24,000 bases of DNA from Balneolia bacterium. GTDB taxonomy: Bacteria; Bacteroidota; Rhodothermia; Balneolales; Cyclonatronaceae. The DNA lies in NCBI GenBank assembly GCA_022565795.1, contig JAIUMA010000009.1:1-24000 (forward strand), in the 5' to 3' direction. The notes beneath the pieces are model-generated. The model was not told the origin of the DNA. It made no database searches and saw only the letters and a list, made by a program, of their open reading frames with translations. Both the position numbers and the translations under genes were made by a program. This document shows positions 7,842 to 15,875 of this stretch, in pieces (within the stretch, counting starts at the first letter, position 1; each line of letters starts with the position of its first letter).

Positions 7842-8288
7842 GTGAAACCAGAAGTAAGCATATATACAGACGGAGCCTGCAGCGGAAATCCTGGGCCGGG
7901 TGGCTACGGGGCCGTTCTGCTTTGGAACGGGAAAGAGAAAGAAATAAGCGGTGGTGAACCTCATACCACGAATAACCGCATGGAAATGAGGGCCATCATA
8001 GAGGCGCTGCGCGGGCTTAAGCGGTCATGCAAGGTTACTATTTACAGCGATAGCGCGCTCATCATTAATGCGTTTCAGCAGGGCTGGATTGAGGGCTGGA
8101 AGCGTAGGGGCTGGAAGAAAGCTGATAAAAAACCTGTTGAAAACATGGACTTGTGGCAGGATATGCTGGATGCCATGAAGCCACATGAAGTGAGCTGGGT
8201 AAAGGTTAAGGGGCATTCCGGGGTTCCGCTAAACGAGCGGGTGGACAAGCTGGCCGTTGCGGCTGCCGCAAAATTCAAGCAGTCATAG
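7842..8288 (+). CDS. rnhA: Ribonuclease HI
   Basis: 148-aa ORF with a GTG start: [64 protein letters not shown]. Confidence 0.95.
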   Translation: MKPEVSIYTDGACSGNPGPGGYGAVLLWNGKEKEISGGEPHTTNNRMEMRAIIEALRGLKRSCKVTIYSDSALIINAFQQGWIEGWKRRGWKKADKKPVENMDLWQDMLDAMKPHEVSWVKVKGHSGVPLNERVDKLAVAAAAKFKQS

Positions 8289-8694
8289 GAATAACGTTCT
8301 CGAGATAGCGCCCATCGCCCGTTTTATAGACGTAGAAATCACTGTCAATTGTGATGATCTGACGAACGCCGGTTTCCTCTGCCGCTGTAATAAGCGAGGT
8401 ATCAGCCAGATCCGATGGAAGATCGTAATACTTCTCAATAAGCTCCAGAAGCCGCGGATAGTGAGATTCCGTGAGCGGAAAAAGCTGCAGCCCGCCGCGT
8501 GAAACCCATTTCATAAAATCCAGCGGCACCTGTTTGTTGTAGTCGAGCATATACATAACCTCGGTAAGCACGGGCCAGGTTGTGATGAGCTGCCCCTCAT
8601 AGGTTTTCATATACTCCAGAACCCGCTGATGCTGACTGTCGTCGCGGTTGAAAAGCGCAATGAGCGGACCGGCATCAATCAGCGTTTGTCTCAT
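8275..8694 (-). CDS. vapC: PIN-domain ribonuclease toxin (VapC-like)
   Basis: 139-aa ORF with acidic PIN residues in the expected spacing: LIDAGPL (D7), LTEV, DLADTSL, TIDSDF. Preceded by an RHH gene after a 12-nt gap. Confidence 0.85.
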   Translation of the reverse strand: MRQTLIDAGPLIALFNRDDSQHQRVLEYMKTYEGQLITTWPVLTEVMYMLDYNKQVPLDFMKWVSRGGLQLFPLTESHYPRLLELIEKYYDLPSDLADTSLITAAEETGVRQIITIDSDFYVYKTGDGRYLENVIPMTA

Positions 8695-8706
8695 AGTCGG
8701 AAGTGA

Positions 8707-8955
8707 TTACTGCGCGGTTTTCCGCCCGATTTTATTTCGGATACGCTCTTTGTAGGTGATTGAGCGATCTGAATCTCCGCTGCCGTAAGTGCCGAAAAAC
8801 TCCATGCCGGTGCGGTACGGATTTGCGGCTGCCTCTTCCCGGCTGATGTACAATTCGAGCGCTTCTTTAATGATTTGCGAACGGGGTACATCTTTAGCAC
8901 GCGCGAGATCGTCGAGCTTTTTTTCCTGGTCTTTATTTAGGCGGACGGAAGTCAT
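8707..8955 (-). CDS. vapB: Ribbon-helix-helix (CopG/VapB-like) antitoxin
   Basis: 82-aa ORF. TSVRLNKDQEKKLDDLARAKDVPRSQIIKEALELYI is a typical RHH beta-alpha-alpha N-terminus. Confidence 0.8.
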   Translation of the reverse strand: MTSVRLNKDQEKKLDDLARAKDVPRSQIIKEALELYISREEAAANPYRTGMEFFGTYGSGDSDRSITYKERIRNKIGRKTAQ

Positions 8956-8985
8956 GGGTGCTGATTTTAGTTAATTACGAATATT

Positions 8986-9006
8986 TGTAATACATAATGT
9001 AATACA
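8986..9006. promoter_or_regulatory. Tandem 9-bp palindromes TGTAATACA-taa-TGTAATACA (candidate VapB operator)
   Basis: Two identical TGTA-A-TACA units at 8986-8994 and 8998-9006, 12 bp centre to centre, 31-51 nt upstream of the vapB start codon (8955). Confidence 0.55.
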
Positions 9007-9074
9007 ATCTTGGCGATTTTCAAACAGTTTTCCCAAAACTCAGTGGAATTAATCAGCTACGACTGGAACCAGTA

Positions 9075-10076
9075 TCAGGATACCCGCGCGAAGGGTTTGA
9101 GTGATAGGTCGTTAAACTGACCGCGTTTGGCGAGCATATGGCCGGTTATAGCAATCATGGCGGCATTGTCGGTGCAGTAGGCCATTTTGGGAATCATCAG
9201 CCTGAGATCACGTTTTTGGGCAAGCTTTTGAGCTTTTGCCCTGAGCATGGAGTTGGCGCTAACGCCACCTGCAAGCAGCACGGTTTTGCAACCCGTTTCA
9301 GAAACGGCCCGGTCAAGTTTTTTGATTAGCACTTCGGTTATCGCTTCGGAAACGCTGGCGCACACATCGTCGAGATGATCGTCCAGGAATGCCTGTTGTG
9401 CAGCTTCATCACCCTTGTTTTGGAGGTAGTAAAGCACGGATGTCTTCAGACCTGAGAAGCTGAAATCGAAGCCTTCTTTCAGCATGGACTGCGGGAATTT
9501 ATGGAATTTCGGATTTCCATTTTTAGCCCGTTTGTCCATCACCGGTCCGGCTGGATAAGGGAGGCCAAGGATTTTGCCGATTTTGTCGAAGGCTTCACCT
9601 GCTGCATCATCGCGGGTTTTACCCAATAGATGATGGCTAAACGGTTCGGTTACATGAATCAGCTGTGTATGTCCGCCGGAAACCGTCAGACATAGAAAGG
9701 GAAACGTTTGTTCGTTCTCTATGAAGTTGGCGTACATATGAGCATCCATGTGGTTTACGCCTATCAGTCGTGTACCGTGAGAAATGGAAAATCCCTTGGC
9801 AAAACATAGCCCTACAAGCAGAGCTCCCATAAGCCCGGGCCCTTGCGTGACTGCAACGGCATCGATATCTGAAGGACTCATCCCGGCTTCGTGTAATGCC
9901 TGCTCAACTGTCCCGAAAATCGACTGCTGATGCGCTCTTGAGGCAAGTTCCGGTACTACGCCACCGTACTTTTCGTGTATGGTTTGTGAAGCTACCACGT
10001 TCGATATCAAGCCGCCATCGGTGTAAATTGCGGCTGCTGTTTCGTCACAGGACGATTCGATTCCAAGAATATTCAT
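9075..10076 (-). CDS. tsaD: tRNA N6-adenosine threonylcarbamoyltransferase (Kae1/Gcp family)
   Basis: 333-aa ORF: MNILGIESSCDETAAAIY, GVVPELASRAHQ, VNHMDAHM, SGGHTQL, LLAGGVSAN. Confidence 0.96.
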   Translation of the reverse strand: MNILGIESSCDETAAAIYTDGGLISNVVASQTIHEKYGGVVPELASRAHQQSIFGTVEQALHEAGMSPSDIDAVAVTQGPGLMGALLVGLCFAKGFSISHGTRLIGVNHMDAHMYANFIENEQTFPFLCLTVSGGHTQLIHVTEPFSHHLLGKTRDDAAGEAFDKIGKILGLPYPAGPVMDKRAKNGNPKFHKFPQSMLKEGFDFSFSGLKTSVLYYLQNKGDEAAQQAFLDDHLDDVCASVSEAITEVLIKKLDRAVSETGCKTVLLAGGVSANSMLRAKAQKLAQKRDLRLMIPKMAYCTDNAAMIAITGHMLAKRGQFNDLSLKPFARVS

Positions 10077-10442
10077 GATAAGCCAAAAGGCGATGAAAAC
10101 GTTTAATATTTGAGGACACTAATATACAAAAACCGATTTGTACTTAGGTGAAATGCCATGCCTAATGGGATGGAATAAAAATATTTTTTCAGAATGAACA
10201 TTCTCCGAATTTAAATGTCCATAAGTGTTTATTATTACTTTCTAAGCATGTGTGTTAGGTTATTTTTATATAGTTGAAAATGAGGTGTTATTAAATTATA
10301 CTGTCTCACGGTTTGAGAACCTAAGAAACAGATATTCAGGGGCTTGCTACTTACTAAGGGAAATTATTTAACCCGGTGTCGTGACCTGCTGAAAAGTGTG
10401 CATCAAAAAAATTCATTATCAGATAACTCATACGGTGAACCT

Positions 10443-13400
10443 ATGAAACAGCTTTTACTAACACTATTCTTCTCATTTGCTGTCATTATTTCGGCTTCCG
10501 CCCAGGACATAACTGTGGACATTGCTGACGTAATCCTTCAGCTTGAATCGGGAGATGTTTTAATCGAGACCGATGATGATATCTTCATAAACGGGAATCT
10601 CGCTGCGGTACTTACTGAAGACCGTACTCTAACATTCAGAGCAGGTGGCGATATCTACATGCAGCCATCCAGCCAGATTACCGCAAGCGGAGCTGCTCTC
10701 AACGTCATTTTTTGGTCAGATACCGACGGAAGCGGAGAAGGAATGGTTTGGATTCAGGTCAGTTCATCCATTGATACAAATAATGGTCATCTCTGGATTG
10801 GTGGTGGCGACGGATCTGTGGTATGGAACGGCCTTACCGTTGGCGATGGTTTTGCTGAGGGTAACACTCCTCAAAACACTGCCAGTGATTCAAATGTCTC
10901 TGTAAACGGGGTAAGTATTGATAATCTCGTTACTATATCTACTGGAGCGGGTAACGTTGGGATGTTCGGACGTAGTGGTACTAACATGGCGACCGATACG
11001 TACAGCATCAACCTTGGCGTTTTGTTTGGTGCAGGAGCTCAGCTGTTTACCACAAGCGGTGATGTCTATGTGGAAGGTGAAACGCCTATGGTTAGTCAGG
11101 ATCCTTGTGAGGCGGCTTTCTGCGGGTACCGTCACGGTGTGATGCTTCATGGTGATAATGTCGCAGACAATATTATCCAGACTGAGTCCGGTTCCGTTAC
11201 GCTTATTGGTTCTAACCAGGCGTTTGCCGGTACCGACAGCATGGATTCTGCCGGAGTCGTATTCTTTCAGCGCGGTAATAATGCGACCATTTCAATAACA
11301 TCCGAAACCGGCGATATTGTAATTTCTTCAGAAAATAACGCAACTGCAGCCGCACCGGGTCGATTTACGGTCGGAATGTGGGTTCTTTCACGTCCGGTAG
11401 TTATAGGTTCCGATACAGGCCGCATTGATATCACTACTACGATTGCAGCAAACAACCTGCAGCCTTTCTTCCTTGGGCCGGATACTCAGATCGGAACAGG
11501 CGGTTCTGGTGATATCACGATCACTACAAATAACGTATCTGCTCTTTCTCCAACGGTTTCATTTGAAGGAACCGGAAACCTTCGCTTTCAGCCATCTAAC
11601 CCTTCAGGAACAATTGGCTTAGGCGGCGCTCCGGGCACGTTACAGCTTCTGGAGCAGTATTTCGATGTTAATATTCAGCCCGGGTTTGAAAGCGTGATTA
11701 TCGGTCGTGATGACCTCACCGGGGGCGTTCAGGTTAACTCAGTTGCCATGAATAACTCCCTTGCGTTTGAAGCATCACCGGCATCTTCAGTTACCCTGAA
11801 TGCCGACCAAAGCCTGGTTATTCCGGATGGCATCACGCTTGATATTCTTGGCAGCACCGTCTTCAATGTTGCCGAAGGCGCTTCTATTACCGCGCAGTCT
11901 GGCTCATTACTTCGTACGGGAGTTGATTCTGAGTTCAATAATCTTGGCAGCGTTACCATCGGCTCGGGTGCTTATTTTTGGTATGATGGCACCATCACCG
12001 GTGAATTTACAGCCGAGCGCTTAATTTCTTCGCCTGACTTCAGCAGCAGCAACGGGCACTGGATTACGCTCGGAAGTCCGGTTACGAATGCTCTGTTTGC
12101 CGAGGGGGACATCAATAATCCTGAGAACGAAGAGCGCGCGCTGTTAAGCTCGATCTTAACGCAGGGTTTTGTTGGTTCTAATTTCCCGTCTTCTGAGTTC
12201 GACTCAAACGTTTTTGTTTACAACGAGGATGGTGATGCTGCCGGAAAAGACGGCCGCTTTGAGCTGCCGGAAACCAATGAAATTCAGGAAGGCCTCGGGT
12301 TCATAGTTTATCTGTTCGAAACTAAAGATCCTTCAGACCCTTTGTCGACTGTAGATTTTGATGTTCCTTTCAGCGCAACCGGTTCTTTGGCTTCATTTTC
12401 TGCAGGCAGCTACAGCTATCCGATTTCTTATTCAGGAGCATCGAGCGATCTTCCGGATGACGGCTGGAATCTGCTTACGAATCCGTTTGCTGTGCCGCTC
12501 GATTGGGGCAGCAGCGCATGGAGCAGCCGGGATGCGTTCAACGGATTTATGTATATCTACAATCCGGAAACAAAGCAGTATCGAATCTTTGACAACAATG
12601 GAACCCCGGTAATCAACGGAGGTTCAATGGGTGTGATTCAGCCGTTTCAGGCGTTTTGGGTTAAAGCTGAGGAAAGCGGAGCCTCGCTTGAGTTTGGTGA
12701 TGAAGCCCGTACGCTCGACACGGACAACTCCACCTTTTTCCGGGGTCCGGAGCCGGCTTTTGTAGAGCTGAGCCTTCAGGCAGGCGAATTGAGCAGCAGT
12801 GCAGCTTTCCGTTTTGGCAGTGAGTACAGCGAGACGTTCAGCCGTTCTGATGCATACTTCCTTTCGCCGTTGTCCTCATCTTTTGCTTACTTGTACACGC
12901 TCAAGGATGGGCGTTCAGCTCAAATCAATTCGCTTTCTTCCGACTTAACCGAAGAAGTACAGATTCCGCTTGCTGCCGGTGCGTTCAAAAACAGCAGCTT
13001 CTATGATGGTGAGGCGACAATCAGTTGGGAAGGAACCGATAACTACCCACAGCACTGGTCGATTACGCTGGTTGATATGTATACGGGTGAAGTCATCGAT
13101 TTGCGGAAAAACAGCCAGTACACGTTCACCATGCAATCAGGTATGATGGGCAAGATGAACGACATTTCTGAAGTGCGTTCGGGCAACTCTCCTATGATGG
13201 ATACCAAGTTCGCTGGTGAGCGCTTTGTTCTGAACATCAATCCGGAGCAGCCAACCGATACGCCTGTTGAAGGCGATCTGCCGCGTACATTTGCGCTTGA
13301 GCAAAACTACCCGAACCCGTTCAACCCGACCACGCAGATTCGTTTTGATCTGCCGGAAAGCAGCGAAGTAAGACTGGATGTATTCAACGTTCAGGGTCAG

Positions 13401-13547
13401 CGCGTAGCAACGCTTGTAAACGAGGGCCGCTCTGCCGGTACCCACACCGTAACGTTCGATGCCACGAACCTCTCAAGCGGGGTCTACCTGTACAGGCTTC
13501 AGGCTGGCTCGCAGGTGTTAACGAATAAAATGACGTTAGTTAGATAG
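10443..13547 (+). CDS. Large secreted protein of unknown function with a T9SS type-A C-terminal sorting domain (beta-helix-like N-terminal half; adhesin-like)
   Basis: ATG 10443 gives signal peptide MKQLLLTLFFSFAVIISASAQD; the open frame from TTG 10344 has no signal peptide. The N-terminal half has a recurrent (S/T)G(D/S)(I/V)x(I/V/L) motif. The middle has DGWNLLTNPFAVPLDW...IQPFQAFWVKA. The last 86 aa (13287-13544) are NYPNPFNPTTQIRFDLP...GVYLYRLQAG...KMTLVR. Confidence 0.9.
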   Translation: MKQLLLTLFFSFAVIISASAQDITVDIADVILQLESGDVLIETDDDIFINGNLAAVLTEDRTLTFRAGGDIYMQPSSQITASGAALNVIFWSDTDGSGEGMVWIQVSSSIDTNNGHLWIGGGDGSVVWNGLTVGDGFAEGNTPQNTASDSNVSVNGVSIDNLVTISTGAGNVGMFGRSGTNMATDTYSINLGVLFGAGAQLFTTSGDVYVEGETPMVSQDPCEAAFCGYRHGVMLHGDNVADNIIQTESGSVTLIGSNQAFAGTDSMDSAGVVFFQRGNNATISITSETGDIVISSENNATAAAPGRFTVGMWVLSRPVVIGSDTGRIDITTTIAANNLQPFFLGPDTQIGTGGSGDITITTNNVSALSPTVSFEGTGNLRFQPSNPSGTIGLGGAPGTLQLLEQYFDVNIQPGFESVIIGRDDLTGGVQVNSVAMNNSLAFEASPASSVTLNADQSLVIPDGITLDILGSTVFNVAEGASITAQSGSLLRTGVDSEFNNLGSVTIGSGAYFWYDGTITGEFTAERLISSPDFSSSNGHWITLGSPVTNALFAEGDINNPENEERALLSSILTQGFVGSNFPSSEFDSNVFVYNEDGDAAGKDGRFELPETNEIQEGLGFIVYLFETKDPSDPLSTVDFDVPFSATGSLASFSAGSYSYPISYSGASSDLPDDGWNLLTNPFAVPLDWGSSAWSSRDAFNGFMYIYNPETKQYRIFDNNGTPVINGGSMGVIQPFQAFWVKAEESGASLEFGDEARTLDTDNSTFFRGPEPAFVELSLQAGELSSSAAFRFGSEYSETFSRSDAYFLSPLSSSFAYLYTLKDGRSAQINSLSSDLTEEVQIPLAAGAFKNSSFYDGEATISWEGTDNYPQHWSITLVDMYTGEVIDLRKNSQYTFTMQSGMMGKMNDISEVRSGNSPMMDTKFAGERFVLNINPEQPTDTPVEGDLPRTFALEQNYPNPFNPTTQIRFDLPESSEVRLDVFNVQGQRVATLVNEGRSAGTHTVTFDATNLSSGVYLYRLQAGSQVLTNKMTLVR

Positions 13548-13581
13548 GCGCTCAGTCAGTTCTTATTAAAAATCCAATCAG

Positions 13582-13618
13582 AAAGGGATTCGGAGCTTTT
13601 AGCCCGGCTCCCTTTTTT
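13582..13618 (+). terminator. Rho-independent terminator after the T9SS-cargo gene
   Basis: AAAGGGA...TCCCTTT outer pairing or GGAGC/GCTCC inner pairing (13592-13611), followed by a T6 run (13613-18), 35 nt after the stop codon. Confidence 0.55.
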
Positions 13619-13621
13619 GTT

Positions 13622-14230
13622 TTATGCGGTTGCGGCAATCATTTCGCGCATAGATTTGAGGCTCCTGAAGTAGGAGGTGTTGAGCCCGGTAATTTTTAGA
13701 AACTGGGCCTGCATGAGCGCTTCAGATTTATAAAGCAGAAGCTCAGAGATCTGTTCGTCAGTAAAGTTATCGTAAAGCACAAGTGCCTTGGCCCGCTCTA
13801 TTTTGTGAAGTACAATGAACTGCTGAAAGGTATAACCGGTAATTTCAGTAAAAAGCTCGATAATTCCTTCGTTGGTTATATCTTGTATTACTGAAAGCAC
13901 CTGCTCGTAATTCAGTGAGGGCAATTGTTCGGAATCGTGTACTAGTTTGTTAATTAAAGTGATGATGCTGTCCATCATTCTGGAGCTATCATCATCCAGA
14001 ATGGAAAGCCCATGTTTTTTCAGGTTGGAACGAAGTATTTCAATCGACCCAGGAGCGAGTTTTTCATAGAAAGTGATAATCCCCCCAACCGACAAAAAGT
14101 AAGGCAATTTAAGATTGTCGAGCTCCAGAACTACTTTTTGTTTACAGGTTGGCCCAACCATATAACGCACGTACAGGGTATGGCTTGTGCTACTGTTCAG
14201 GTCCGCGGGGTAGTAAAGAAGTTTATTCAT
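13622..14230 (-). CDS. Divergent paralog (P2) of the short AraC-family regulator at 15315-15875
   Basis: 202 aa. Aligns along its length with P1: LYVRYMVGPTCKQKV vs LYIKYMVSLRCKMLV; FQQFIVLHKIERAKALVLYD vs IQQFIILHKIERVKELLLYD; FLKITGLNTSYF vs FKKVTGLSPSYF. The second HTH is more diverged (SEALMQAQ vs SVAHLSNQ). It has a 17-aa N-terminal extension. Confidence 0.75.
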   Translation of the reverse strand: MNKLLYYPADLNSSTSHTLYVRYMVGPTCKQKVVLELDNLKLPYFLSVGGIITFYEKLAPGSIEILRSNLKKHGLSILDDDSSRMMDSIITLINKLVHDSEQLPSLNYEQVLSVIQDITNEGIIELFTEITGYTFQQFIVLHKIERAKALVLYDNFTDEQISELLLYKSEALMQAQFLKITGLNTSYFRSLKSMREMIAATA

Positions 14231-14250
14231 ATGTATTAGTATATCGTATA

Positions 14251-14289
14251 TAAAAATAAAAAAACAAGACAGAATTTTCAGTTCTGTCT
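14251..14289 (-). terminator. Hairpin + T-tract on the minus strand (terminator of the cupin transcript or attenuator in front of P2)
   Basis: AGACAGAA (14267-74) pairs with TTCTGTCT (14282-89) around a 7-nt loop. On the minus strand it is followed by TGTTTTTTTATTTTTA. It lies about 180 nt downstream of the cupin stop, and its T-tract ends 21 nt upstream of the P2 ATG. Confidence 0.45.
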
Positions 14290-14470
14290 CGAGGGTCGCT
14301 AGTTTATGTCGGGCAAACTAACATGGTCAATACATGATGATAAATCGTATTTAATTTGGGTCAACTCTTGATAGGATTGTCGCATTAAGCGGCTTCCCCT
14401 GTGTAATGAACAGTTCTGGGACATGGTGCTAAGAGGTTCTGCTACGTGTAATTGAGAGAGTTGGATCTTT

Positions 14471-14833
14471 TTAGATCATATCTTCGTAACCACTTTTTAT
14501 GACGGTCGAAATCATTTTGAATCGATTATTAGCTTTGAACAGGCTGGTTGAGTGTGCGGGAATAATAATGGATGCTCCGGTAGTCATATGCGTTGATACA
14601 TTGTTAATCACAATTTCAGCCTGCCCGTCAATTATCTGGATAAATGTGTCAAAAGGTGATTTGGATTCTTCCAGCCGCTCTCCGGAATCGAAAGATACGG
14701 CGCTTACGTTACCGGTTGTTTTCTTGATTATCGTTTTGATTACAACTGAATCCGGCATGTATTCAATTATCTCAACAATTATGAAAGGTTTCCCTTTTTC
14801 TGGCTCGAACATAGACTTCTTTACAGCATTCAT
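14471..14833 (-). CDS. Small single-domain cupin protein
   Basis: 120 aa. VSFDSGERLEESKSPFDTFIQIIDGQAEIVINNVSTHMTTGASIIIPAHSTSLFKANNRFKMISTVIKS matches the two-motif cupin layout of small cupin_2 proteins. The mirror ORF on the plus strand has no recognisable features. Confidence 0.8.
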   Translation of the reverse strand: MNAVKKSMFEPEKGKPFIIVEIIEYMPDSVVIKTIIKKTTGNVSAVSFDSGERLEESKSPFDTFIQIIDGQAEIVINNVSTHMTTGASIIIPAHSTSLFKANNRFKMISTVIKSGYEDMI

Positions 14834-14894
14834 AAGAAAAGGTGGCGAAAGGAATTATTGAAATATATTTGATTACCATGTATTTCAGTGTGAT

Positions 14895-14943
14895 CTGTGT
14901 TACTATCAATTAATATGTGCCTTTAATTTGGACGCTGTGTTAC
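14895..14943. promoter_or_regulatory. Exact 9-mer CTGTGTTAC twice, 40 bp apart, in the cupin / micro-ORF divergent spacer
   Basis: CTGTGTTAC at 14895-14903 and 14935-14943. A related palindrome GTGT-A-ACAC is at 15031-15039 and ACAATT-T-AATTGT at 15012-15024. Confidence 0.35.
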
Positions 14944-15105
14944 GTTAAAACTGGTATATATTACATTTTGTACAGACTTAATACCGTTTTAGTAAGCGAA
15001 GAGGTACTTCTACAATTTAATTGTGGAATAGTGTAACACTTTAGGCGGCTCAATGATGTAGGTTTCGGGAGTACCATAATTACTCATCTAAAACAGGAAT
15101 CCCCA

Positions 15106-15225
15106 ATGGATAAGCCTAATCAAAATCAATCACAGAAACCTGCTGAGCAAATTAAAGCGGACCAGAAGAAAAACGACCATAAATCCGGAAAACCGGATGT
15201 GAAAAAGACTGATAAGAAGAGATAA
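15106..15225 (+). CDS. 39-aa Lys/Gln/Asp-rich hydrophilic micro-protein (hypothetical)
   Basis: ATG..TAA encodes MDKPNQNQSQKPAEQIKADQKKNDHKSGKPDVKKTDKKR. A TAGGTTTC (-7-box-like) element is at 15058-65. A strong plus-strand-specific terminator follows 21 nt downstream. There is no homology support. Confidence 0.45.
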   Translation: MDKPNQNQSQKPAEQIKADQKKNDHKSGKPDVKKTDKKR

Positions 15226-15245
15226 TAAACCATCTGTTCTTTCCG

Positions 15246-15278
15246 GCGCCTTTGGAGAAATCCGGAGGCGCTTTTTTT
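15246..15278 (+). terminator. Rho-independent terminator (11-bp stem, GAAA tetraloop, T7)
   Basis: GCGCCTTTGGA-GAAA-TCCGGAGGCGC-TTTTTTT. The two T-G pairs are G-U wobbles only in the plus-strand RNA, so it is plus-strand specific. Confidence 0.8.
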
Positions 15279-15314
15279 AGGTCGTATCACTATTGAGAAG
15301 CTGTGAACCCCGGG

Positions 15315-15875
15315 CTACAGCTCTTCCAGGTTTTGGTCCCGGCTCTTGCGTATTTCTTTGAAGTAGCTGGGACTCAGTCCGGTAACCTTCTTGAACTGAT
15401 TGGATAGGTGGGCTACGCTGCTGTAGTGCAGTTTGTAGGAAATTTCGGTTAGAGACAGCTCGTCGTACAACAATAGCTCTTTAACCCGCTCTATTTTATG
15501 CAGTATGATAAACTGCTGAATCGTGATCCCTTTTACTTCAGAAAAGGTGTTGGAAAGGTAGGTATAATCATATCCAAGCTTTTCGCTGATGTATTCCGAA
15601 TCGTTTACTTTAGGAACTTCATCCGAGTAGTGAATCATCTCGATTATTACGGCTTTGATTTTTTCTACCAGAATTAACTTCTTGTTTTCCAGCATCTCAA
15701 GTCCCGATTTTAGCAGACGCTCGTTGAAAACGGCCAGCTCAGCCGGGCAAAGTTCATTTTCGGTTTCAGCAAGCCCAAGCTCTACCGACAGGCACCTGTG
15801 TCCCAAATCCAGCAATTCGCTTCGTACGAGCATTTTACACCGAAGGCTTACCATGTATTTGATATAGAGCTTCAT
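15315..15875 (-). CDS. Short AraC-family transcriptional regulator (P1) with a ~70-aa N-terminal ferredoxin/HMA-like domain, common in Bacteroidota
   Basis: 186 aa. C-terminal AraC HTH pair: YTYLSNTFSEVKGITIQQFIILHKIERVKELLLYDELSLTEISYKLHYSSVAHLSNQFKKVTGLSPSYFK. N-terminus is MKLYIKYMVSLRCKMLV. Confidence 0.88.
   Translation of the reverse strand: MKLYIKYMVSLRCKMLVRSELLDLGHRCLSVELGLAETENELCPAELAVFNERLLKSGLEMLENKKLILVEKIKAVIIEMIHYSDEVPKVNDSEYISEKLGYDYTYLSNTFSEVKGITIQQFIILHKIERVKELLLYDELSLTEISYKLHYSSVAHLSNQFKKVTGLSPSYFKEIRKSRDQNLEEL

Noticed and set aside
10344-10442. N-terminal extension of the T9SS-cargo ORF from TTG 10344
   Set aside because: ATG 10443 begins a canonical signal peptide ending ASAQD, whereas the 33-aa extension would bury it.
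10645-13445. Numerous 60-100-aa ORFs in other frames or on the other strand inside the T9SS-cargo gene
   Set aside because: They are nested in a continuous 1034-aa frame that has a signal peptide and a T9SS C-terminal domain. None has independent support.
14499-14861. 120-aa plus-strand ORF mirroring the cupin gene
   Set aside because: Only the minus-strand translation shows the cupin two-motif layout. The plus-strand product is low-complexity and hydrophobic and has no start context.
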